A stretch of 64,000 nucleotides of DNA from a virus. A model generated the notes under the pieces. That model did not search any database and was not told the DNA's origin. It saw only the letters and a list, made by a program, of their open reading frames with translations. Made by a program: the position numbers and the translations under genes. Shown here piece after piece: positions 11,586-19,700 of this stretch (position 1 is the stretch's first letter; every line of letters starts with the position of its first letter). The DNA is taken from positions 51,247 through 115,246 of IMG/VR virus record IMGVR_UViG_3300048694_001252. One strand, written 5' to 3'.

Positions 11586-11617
11586 AAAAAATCCTCCCAG
11601 TAGTTATCTGGGAGGAT
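11586..11617 (-). terminator. Intrinsic terminator-like hairpin that also contains the RBS of the downstream gene
   Basis: Minus strand: ATCCTCCCAG-ATAACTA-CTGGGAGGAT-TTTTT-ATG (10-bp stem plus T tract). Confidence 0.7.
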
Positions 11618-11636
11618 CCTTTTGGTTTGACAAATG

Positions 11637-12464
11637 TTACGAAGTAAGGTTGTTGATCTGGGCCAATTGCAGACTACCATTCTGTGCGGAAGCACCATTG
11701 ATAACTTCTGCACCAGACCATGTGACCGTACCTTCATCAGTGAAGAAGTTGGTGGGATAAAAGTTTTCGCTACTTTGTACATTGGTACCATAGTTGCTGT
11801 CAGCGTAGTTGCCATAGGTCATGCCATTCCAGTCACGTACCCATTTATTGGTGATATAAGAAGCGTAAACAGCCGAACTATCACCCACAGAGTATGCCAC
11901 GCTCATATATCCTGCGCTGGGAGAACCAGTGTTGGCCAGAACACAGATACCCACATTCCACACGGTACCGTTGTCAACAACAGCCGAACTACCACTGATA
12001 GTGGCTGTGAAAATATCACCCTGTGCTGCATTGGGGCTAGCACCAAACTGAGACCAATCTGTACCGCTGGCACTGTTGATCATATAGGTATTACCGGCCA
12101 CGATGTCCTCATCTTGTATGTCCGAGGCTTTGGCCACCAAGAATTTGTGTGCACCCTTTTGGCGCAAGATGCGGCCCGATCCCGAACCAGTGCTAGAACC
12201 GCTGTTTAGTACGATATTGACCGTGCAGTTGATGTAGGGATTGGCAGCTGATCCCTGACCTTCTTGGAATCCACCCACCACGCCCAGATAATCCGAGGCG
12301 CTGAGTGTGCCAGCTGAGTTGTAAACCGGATCTGTCAGTGACCCAAAGTTGGGATAACCCACATCCACATTGACCGCGGCTGCGGGTTGATTTATGGTAC
12401 CATCGGCGTTGATCGTGATGCCCTGTGCAGGACCACGTTTGGAGATTTTGAGAGCTCGACCCAT
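11637..12464 (-). CDS. Putative virion structural protein (275 aa)
   Basis: Long ORF with AAGGA RBS, late promoter and terminator. Starts MGRALKISK and contains a GRILRQKGAHKFLV motif. Confidence 0.65.
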   Translation of the reverse strand: MGRALKISKRGPAQGITINADGTINQPAAAVNVDVGYPNFGSLTDPVYNSAGTLSASDYLGVVGGFQEGQGSAANPYINCTVNIVLNSGSSTGSGSGRILRQKGAHKFLVAKASDIQDEDIVAGNTYMINSASGTDWSQFGASPNAAQGDIFTATISGSSAVVDNGTVWNVGICVLANTGSPSAGYMSVAYSVGDSSAVYASYITNKWVRDWNGMTYGNYADSNYGTNVQSSENFYPTNFFTDEGTVTWSGAEVINGASAQNGSLQLAQINNLTS

Positions 12465-12488
12465 TTTGTTTGTTCCTTGTGTAAAGTT

Positions 12489-12544
12489 GCGGGTTCTATC
12501 CCGCTACGCTGTTTGGGGAAACAGCATAAGCCGCATGATTACGG
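12489..12544 (-). promoter_or_regulatory. Structured 5' leader (three adjacent hairpins)
   Basis: Minus strand CCG-taatcatg-CGG, TATGCTGTTT-cccc-AAACAGCGTA and GCGGG-atagaa-CCCGC, lying between the late promoter and the RBS. Confidence 0.5.
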
Positions 12545-12550
12545 ACCAAG

Positions 12551-12594
12551 TATTTATGCAAAAACCAAATTATACCAGAGTACCGTAGTAAATA
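12551..12594. promoter_or_regulatory. Back-to-back late promoters (TAAATA on - at 12551-12556; on + at 12589-12594)
   Basis: gcaTAAATActt on the minus strand and tagTAAATAccccGTG on the plus strand, each upstream of a divergent gene. Confidence 0.65.
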
Positions 12595-12598
12595 CCCC

Positions 12599-13747
12599 GT
12601 GAATACTGCACAGCTAATTGAAACCGGCAATCAACATCGTGCTGATCGCCAATATGATGCGGCTCTGGCCTGCTATGCCCAGGCCTTTGCCCAGGATCGC
12701 GGCTCATCTGCGGCCTTCAACAATTATGGCAATGTACTGCGTGAGATCGGGGAACCTGCTGGGGCATTGCCGTTCTTGGAACGTGCCATCCAGCTCAATC
12801 CCCAGGATCCCATGGCACAGTTCAATCGATCCGTGTGCTTGCTGCTCTTGGGCGACTATGAGCGCGGCTGGCCCGCATACGAGACCCGTTGGAACTACGA
12901 ACATCTCGCGGGCACCTTGCCCCAGCTTGATCGACCGCGCTGGACCGGACAAGATCTCCGGGATCGCTCTATACTGGTCATAGGCGAACAGGGACATGGT
13001 GACTGCATACAATTCAGTCGCTTCCTATGGAACCTACATGCCTTGGGCGCCCGCGTACATTTGCAGACCACCGATGGTTTGATACCGTTGTTCCAGAACA
13101 GCACCGTCATAGCATCGGTCTCGGCATACAGTAGTGCCATGCCCGAGGTTGATTACTGGATACCCATCATGAGCATCCCGGCCGTGCTGGGCCTGACCCT
13201 GCAGAATCTACCGCGATCCATCAACTATATCACAGCACCCGACAATTTGTGCCAGCAATGGCGCCAACTGTTGGGCAACAAAACGCGATTGAGAGTAGGC
13301 TTGTCCTGGAGTGGCCGCCGGGACGCCTGGCTCAACACCCACAAAGGTATGCCATTTGCTCAGGCTCTCACGCTGATACGATCAAACCCGCAATGCGAAT
13401 GGATCAATCTCCAGATTGATGCCACCCCAGAAGAAACAGCGGCCTTGGCCGAGCTGGGTGTGCGCATGTTTCCCGGTACCATCACTGGATTCCATGATAC
13501 TGCGGCCCTGCTGATGAACTTAGATGTGGTGCTGAGCGTGGATACTGCCATAGCGCATCTAGCTGGGGCGCTGGGTCGTCCCACCTGGGTCATGTTGCAG
13601 CGATTTGCCGTGGACTGGCGCTGGCTTCTAGCGCGATCAGATTCGCCCTGGTATCCCACAGCACGCCTGTTCCGTCAGGAGAATTTTGATGACTGGTCCA
13701 CGGTCATACGCGAAGTCAGTCAATATATCTCATGGTTCAAGGTATGA
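12599..13747 (+). CDS. TPR-repeat protein with GT-B (GT9-like) glycosyltransferase domain
   Basis: N-terminal TPRs (AFNNYGNVLREIG, AQFNRSVCLLLLG). C-terminal motifs EQGHGDCIQFSRF, VGLSWSG, DVVLSVDTAIAHLAGALGRPTW and WRW...SPWYPTARLFRQ. Confidence 0.85.
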   Translation: MNTAQLIETGNQHRADRQYDAALACYAQAFAQDRGSSAAFNNYGNVLREIGEPAGALPFLERAIQLNPQDPMAQFNRSVCLLLLGDYERGWPAYETRWNYEHLAGTLPQLDRPRWTGQDLRDRSILVIGEQGHGDCIQFSRFLWNLHALGARVHLQTTDGLIPLFQNSTVIASVSAYSSAMPEVDYWIPIMSIPAVLGLTLQNLPRSINYITAPDNLCQQWRQLLGNKTRLRVGLSWSGRRDAWLNTHKGMPFAQALTLIRSNPQCEWINLQIDATPEETAALAELGVRMFPGTITGFHDTAALLMNLDVVLSVDTAIAHLAGALGRPTWVMLQRFAVDWRWLLARSDSPWYPTARLFRQENFDDWSTVIREVSQYISWFKV

Positions 13748-13914
13748 GTCGACAACCAACCAAACTGATCGCAGCCGGAGACATAGTGCGCAGACCCACA
13801 GACCGTGCGCAGGGCGTGGTATTGTCACGCCGGGGCATATGGACCGTGGAGGTCAAATGGCCCAGTGGTGCCAAGGAAATCGTGAAAATCTCGGAGCTGA
13901 TCAGGGTGGCCTAG
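13744..13914 (+). CDS. Small hypothetical protein (56 aa, SH3-like beta pattern)
   Basis: ATG overlaps the upstream TGA (ATGA). Sequence GDIVRRP...GVVL...VEVKWPSG. Ends in TAG. Confidence 0.55.
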   Translation: MSRQPTKLIAAGDIVRRPTDRAQGVVLSRRGIWTVEVKWPSGAKEIVKISELIRVA

Positions 13915-13928
13915 ATTGTCCAATTTGT

Positions 13929-13960
13929 TTGTAAACCACCTGCAGAATCGTGCATAATTA
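13929..13960 (+). promoter_or_regulatory. Possible promoter for the tRNA operon
   Basis: TTGTAA-N18-CATAAT (sigma70-like), overlapping TAATTA (possible late-box variant) just upstream of the tRNA. Confidence 0.35.
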
Positions 13961-13966
13961 CCATAT

Positions 13967-14040
13967 GCGCCCGAAGCTGATCGGATAGCCGGAGCCTCTA
14001 AAACTCCTGGTAGCGGGTTCGACTCCCGCCTGGCGCACCA
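13967..14040 (+). tRNA. Amber suppressor tRNA (anticodon CUA)
   Basis: Cloverleaf: acceptor GCGCCCG/CTGGCGC + A73 + encoded CCA; D stem GCTG/TAGC with GG in the loop; anticodon arm GGAGC-CTCTAAA-ACTCC with CTA at 13998-14000; T arm GCGGG-TTCGACT-CCCGC. Confidence 0.9.
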
Positions 14041-14058
14041 CTAACCAAGGAGACTTTC

Positions 14059-14601
14059 ATGTCCTAGATTGAATATGCATGCCGAGATTGTGTTTTTCAT
14101 TTCAACAAAAAACATCTAGAAGACCCCACCGTGCCCATGTGGGTAATCAAAACACATGGTGAAACGTTCTATGTGAATCATGTCACATGCGAACTTGCCT
14201 GGTCAACCAAAGAAACCCCCGACAACACGCATACCAAAGGATCTCTCAAGATCCGTGAATGCCTGCTGACCATTGACGATGCCAATGAGGCCCGACTCAC
14301 TGAACTCACAGTCTGGGATCGGGTTCGTCTGCGCAATCAGCGACTGGGTATAACTCGAATCATATTTGCATACGGTAGTGATATCCATCGTGCGCTCAAG
14401 GCCAAGGAGTTCCGGCACAGCTCTTTCAAGAACGTGAGCGGAGGATGCGGTACCAGTTTTGTGGTCTGTGATCTCCTAGATCCAGCAGAGGCCACGTTTG
14501 CTGCTCTCAAATATCAGTTCAGAGTAATGAAACCCAATGAAGATTATTATCGAGCCTATGATCAACCCGGATCTCACATAGAGGAATCGGGAGAATACTG
14601 A
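14059..14601 (+). CDS. Hypothetical protein (180 aa) with an in-frame amber codon at position 3, needing read-through
   Basis: AGGAG (14048-14052) lies 6 nt before ATG TCC TAG ATT GAA TAT GCA TGC CGA GAT TGT GTT TTT CAT TTC AAC..., in frame with track ORF 14131-14601. The internal GTG/ATG starts lack a good RBS. Confidence 0.75.
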
Positions 14602-14618
14602 GGACAGATCGGGGTGGC

Positions 14619-15314
14619 CTAGACTCCATATTGCCCACGTGAGGCATTGAAGTTTTGCAAGACTTCCCAGTCAGACAAGGATCTATTGTAGCAGAAAAAC
14701 TGGCCTATACTGCCACTCAAGAGATTGCCATGATCGTAACTGGCTATGTCGGTGCTACCGTCGCCGGGATGCGGGTTGAGATTGTAGCTTGAACTGGCGT
14801 CAAATACACCGTTCACATAGGTTTTCATACTTACATAGGCTTCAAATGTCACGGCTATGTAATACCACTGACCTAGATCAAACGTGGCCACGGTGGGAAA
14901 TGCATTGTAGTTGGCCCAGTCCTGGTGTCCGCTATAGAAACGGTTGCCACCTGATCCAAAAGTGAAGTGACCACCTGCGAAACTACTCACTATGTTGTTG
15001 TTATAGCTGTAGCTGTTAAGACGCAACCACATGCTCTTGGTATACTGATTGTTGGGTAACACATTGGCAGTGAATCCCACACCGTACTGATTGGCGCCAT
15101 TGAACGTGAAGTAGGAGGGTGTGCCTGAGGTCCACGTGGGCGAATTCTGCAAGCTAATATTGGCTCCAAAACCCGAAAGATCATACCAGGTGGTTCCAGA
15201 TCCCGGATAGCTGGCAGGGTTATTGGCATCCAACCACATGGTCAGTCCTGTGGTGACATATCCAGGTTCATCCTGCAAGATTGTGCCTTGAATTTTGCCG
15301 CCTGAGATAATCAT
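14619..15314 (-). CDS. LamG/concanavalin-A-like domain protein
   Basis: LTMWLDANNPASYPGSGTTWYDLSG...WYYIAVT...YVNG...YNRSLS..EVLQNFNA. Confidence 0.8.
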   Translation of the reverse strand: MIISGGKIQGTILQDEPGYVTTGLTMWLDANNPASYPGSGTTWYDLSGFGANISLQNSPTWTSGTPSYFTFNGANQYGVGFTANVLPNNQYTKSMWLRLNSYSYNNNIVSSFAGGHFTFGSGGNRFYSGHQDWANYNAFPTVATFDLGQWYYIAVTFEAYVSMKTYVNGVFDASSSYNLNPHPGDGSTDIASYDHGNLLSGSIGQFFCYNRSLSDWEVLQNFNASRGQYGV

Positions 15315-16036
15315 ATTCCAAACCTTGATCTATTGGCATTGAAGTTCTGTGACACACCGCTGGTACCAATATCTGCGTTATAGATTCTTACAATGCTGAG
15401 TTTGCCGCCCCAGTATTGATAATTGTCCCAACGACTCATCAATCTGATGCCATTTCCACCACGCACTGAGTTGAAGCCGGGCCATGCACGACTGTTAACC
15501 AAGACGCCATTTACATACAGTCGCACGGTGGTGCCGTCCCAAGTGCCTGTGACCTGATACCAATTGCCTGTGATTAGTGTGACCTGCCCAGAATAAGTTG
15601 ATGCCCAACCACCATTGAATGAACCAGACTGGAGGTAGGGAAAACTGTCTTCGGTGTTGCCCAAAGTAAAGTTGAGGGGATTGCCAAAATACATTTCTGT
15701 CACAATACAAGGAGATCCCGAGCCCATGTTGGTAGTGTCATGATACAACCAGGCTTCCACAGTCCAGTTTGAAAATGTTGATGCAAATGATGGTCCCTGA
15801 GCATACTGACTCAAAGCCGGATCAAACAATATACTACCGCCATTGCCAGCATCGTAGGCAGGGCTGTTGGCCAAAGTATATACCAATCCGCTTTCAGTAT
15901 CAGTCCATGTTGAGCCTGAGCCTGGATAACTGGCAGGATTACCGGCGTCAAGATTCAAGATCAAATTGGCCTGCACCACTCCGGGTGTTTGATATCTACC
16001 GCCGCGATAGGTTCCACTTCTTATGATCATAATCAA
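15311..16036 (-). CDS. LamG/concanavalin-A-like domain protein
   Basis: LILNLDAGNPASYPGSGSTWTD...WYQVTGTWDGTTVRLYVNG...VRIYN...QNFNANRSRFGI. Confidence 0.8.
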   Translation of the reverse strand: MIMIIRSGTYRGGRYQTPGVVQANLILNLDAGNPASYPGSGSTWTDTESGLVYTLANSPAYDAGNGGSILFDPALSQYAQGPSFASTFSNWTVEAWLYHDTTNMGSGSPCIVTEMYFGNPLNFTLGNTEDSFPYLQSGSFNGGWASTYSGQVTLITGNWYQVTGTWDGTTVRLYVNGVLVNSRAWPGFNSVRGGNGIRLMSRWDNYQYWGGKLSIVRIYNADIGTSGVSQNFNANRSRFGI

Positions 16037-16794
16037 ATTCCGTAGGTAGTTTTCACAGCATTGTAGTTTGCGGTGACTTGAGCTTGACTCAAAGCAATGT
16101 TGTAAGCTCTCATTTGATAATAGGTGCCAATAGCAACATCAGTTGGCGTGCCTGAGGTACCAGCATTAGGATGGCGAGAACCAAAGTTCAATCCTGTGGC
16201 GGCAGGGCTTTGTGCAGAATTATATCCAGTGGAGACTGAGTTTTGTAGCGTTCCGTTGATGTATAACTTGAGGCTAGGTGTAGCATCTACTGTGATAATA
16301 AATTGTCTAATAGCTCCTGAGTTGGCAGTGACATTATAAAGGTTGTATTTGCTGGTCACTCCACCTATAGAGATTTGAGTTGAGCTTGCCCAATACGCCA
16401 TCCAACCAAGGCTCGCCAGGTAACTTTCATTGCCAAACAGTGTAGACCAAAAACTCGTTGCAGTAATATTTGCAATAACTTCAACGGTGAACGGGACTGC
16501 CAAATTATATGATGTATTGGCTACCATGGCCATGTTTGTGGCTTGACTTGGTCCCAATATCAACCCTCCATTGTTGCTGGAGGTATAAGTAGCGGTTCCG
16601 GTGCCTGTTTTGTATATCGTACCATTGCGACCATTGCCCGACTCATCTAGCCAATAGTTGAAGCTGGCAGTTGGTGCATTGAGATAGTTGATCTGTAGGC
16701 CTGATGTAGTGCCGGTCCAAGTATTATTGCTGGGGTACACAGGTGATGAAGCTGATCCCACGTTGTTCATCATATTCATCATGATGCCAGTCAT
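16033..16794 (-). CDS. LamG/concanavalin-A-like domain protein (likely start MTGIMMNMM at 16794)
   Basis: The ATG overlaps the upstream TAA (TAATG). WLDESGNGRNGT...LKLYING...MRAYNIALSQAQVTANYNA. Confidence 0.75.
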   Translation of the reverse strand: MTGIMMNMMNNVGSASSPVYPSNNTWTGTTSGLQINYLNAPTASFNYWLDESGNGRNGTIYKTGTGTATYTSSNNGGLILGPSQATNMAMVANTSYNLAVPFTVEVIANITATSFWSTLFGNESYLASLGWMAYWASSTQISIGGVTSKYNLYNVTANSGAIRQFIITVDATPSLKLYINGTLQNSVSTGYNSAQSPAATGLNFGSRHPNAGTSGTPTDVAIGTYYQMRAYNIALSQAQVTANYNAVKTTYGI

Positions 16795-19700
16795 TAACTT
16801 ACTCCTGTGCCGTTGATCATCCAAACGTTGGCGGCAACATTCAATAGTGTCGCCATGCCATATGTGGTCACGGTTCTATTACCAGCAGTGGCATTGCCTG
16901 CAAGATACAGACTTACTCCGGTGTCTTGTGCAATAGTGATGTTGCCGGTTCCACGATTTACAATACTGATTGCTGTGCCCACGGTCCAACTCACAGATGA
17001 GTTATTTGCGATAGTCAATGTGTTACCAGTGGACAATGTTGAGTAGTAATGCTTGCCTGCATCGGCTGCTGCTATTGTGGCATTGCCAGCGAACGATATT
17101 TGGGGAAGATCTCTATAACCAATGGCATAGTTAGCAGTGGTTACTGTTGCTGAATTGCCTAACACTGCTCCAGGAGCAATGATATTGCCACCCAGTTGCA
17201 CATTACCGCCCAAAGGATTCAACACGATTGGATAGTAAGTGGCATTTTGTGAATATCCGCTTTGTATCCATTGTGCATAGGCTGTGCTCACACCATTTAG
17301 TGTAGATCCAACTGGATACTGACCCAAAGCCAGATAGTTGCTGCCGGAACCGCCTATTGATACCGCAGCATTGGCAGTGATTGCGTTGGCTGCTGGGGCA
17401 AGCTGAATTCCGCTTAGTAAACTATGTTGTAATGTGGCTGTGGCGTTGGAGCCTACATTCAAGTTACCTGTAACACTGGCAGTTCCTGCGGTGCTGATGT
17501 TACCACCAATGATATTACCTGTGGCTGTGATCAATCCGCCAGTTAAAATGTTACCGTGTGTGGCATTACCAGTAGAACTCATAATGCCAGCAGTTAAGAT
17601 ATTGCCACCAGTGATGTTACTCGAGGCTGATATCAATCCACCTGTTAATACGTTACCACCTGTGATATTACCAGCGTTAACTGTGCCGGTGGTAGATATT
17701 GTGTTACTGCCATATGCAGCCAACAATGTGGTTACGTTTGAGTTTCCATAACTGCTACCTGCAGCAACCGCGGCAAACACACCATTACCATATAACACGG
17801 TGCTGGCGTTGCCGTTTAAGTTGATTGAACTAATATTGCCCAAGTTTGCGGCTGTGATATTACCTGTGGCCGAAATCAAACCTGCTGTGAGTAAGTTGCC
17901 ACCCGTGATGTTGGCTGACACTGACACTGTGGTTCCTGTGTACGTGGTAGCATTGACATTGGCACCACCTAGGATATTACCACCTGTGATGTTGCCAGTA
18001 GCTGAGATCAAACCTGTGGTCGTGACGTTGCCGCTGATTACGTTACCAGTCACAGATGCATTACCACTGGTAACTGAGAATCCACTTACAATCAAGTTAG
18101 ATTGGGCATTGACATTACCAGTTACAAAAATACCATTTGTGCTGTTGAAGTTTACTCGCTGACCAAACTGAACTGCGGAGCCATTCTGAGTTGTAATCGT
18201 ATTGTTAGAACCATAAATGGTCAGTGCTGTACCAATAGTTGCGTTGCCTGTTGCAGTCACATCAGATAAGGTCGTAGCTCCGGTTACCTGCAACGATGTG
18301 GCTGTAACTGTGCCCGAAGCTGATATACCAACACCAAGTAAGTTGCCGCCACGCACGTTACCAGTTGCACTGATTGCACCACCTGTGAGTATATTTGCAC
18401 CAGTGATGTTGCCAGTGGCATTTACCTGTCCTGCGGTAGACAAATTGCCACCAATCACATTGGCTGCGCTGGTGACAGTACCAGTTGCACTGATTGCACC
18501 ACCTGTGAGTATATTTGCACCAGTGATGTTACCTGCGGTCACAGTGCCAGTAGTGGATATTGTGTTGCTGCCAAATCCAGCTAGCAAAGTGGTCACATTT
18601 GAGTTGCTGTAGGCGGCTGGTAATCCTGTGAGCTGGCTACCATTGCCAAAAAAGTAGTTTGCTGAGATATTTCCCGAAGCACTGACCACTCCTGTGGCAA
18701 CAAGATTGCCACCTGTAACGTTACCGGTAGTGCTGACTGGCGCAGAACCACTGACTTGTATATTGCTTAGTAAACTGCCATCGCCTAAGATATAGGCACC
18801 ACGCACGTTACCAGTGGCCGAAATAGCACCACTGGTAGTGATCCCTGTGTTGGAGATTTGCGCCACGGTGTTTGCTGAGCCCGAGCCGCCGGCATTGAAC
18901 TTGATACCGTAGCCTGCTGTTGTGGTACCAAGAACCAAGTTGCCACCTGCTGCCCCACCTTGCACATACAGATAACCGTCTCTGCGCTGCACTGCTGAAC
19001 CAAGACTGTTGTCTTGTGTACCGTCCCACACACTGCTGGCTATACCCATGTCAAGATAGTTTGTGGTATCTGTGCCGTCATCTGCTGTGATCGCCAGTTC
19101 CATAGACGCCACATTACCGTGATTGGTATTCTGCAGGTTTACTTGGGTATAGCTGTTGTCATCGCCTGTTATTTGTACCACAGTGTTGGGCAGAGGTGTA
19201 TAACCGGTCTTGCCAGCATAGATAGCACCAATACCTGTTGATATATTGCCGTAGAACACACCCGAGTTGCCAGAAATCTGTGTGACGTTTCCTGTAAAGT
19301 TTATGTTGCCAGTCACAAACAAGTTACCACCAATGGTAGCGTTACCATCTAAATCAAAGTTTTTTGAGCCGTTGATGTTGCCACTTATGGTAGCGTCGTA
19401 AACACTCAGGTTGCCAGTTGTTGTGATATCTCCGGGAGCAGTCAGTGCACCTGTGTTATCAAATGTCCAATGGCTTGTGAATGCGCTTATGCTCACATTG
19501 CCATTGGCATAGATCTGGATATCGTTGGCATCCATGTAGATGGCTGTGAGATCATCCACAGTAGAAGTTAGATAGGCAGTGTTACCACCGTTTTCGTTCA
19601 GCGACAGTTTTGAGTTGCCCTGTACAACGTTGCCAGGTATAGTCAAGTTACCAGTATAATCAAACACCCAACTGTTAGAACCAGCTGTGATGTTTACATT

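Noticed and set aside
13967-14040. Reading the tRNA as Arg(UCU) or as tRNA-Pyl
   Set aside because: The 5-7-5 anticodon arm centres on CTA with U33 before it, whereas TCT would be off-centre. It has the D-loop GG, TTC and a 5-nt variable loop, unlike tRNA-Pyl, and no pyl genes are seen.
14131-14601. Track start at GTG 14131 as the real start
   Set aside because: It has no convincing Shine-Dalgarno, whereas the in-frame ATG at 14059 has AGGAG at optimal spacing. It cannot be fully excluded as a secondary start.
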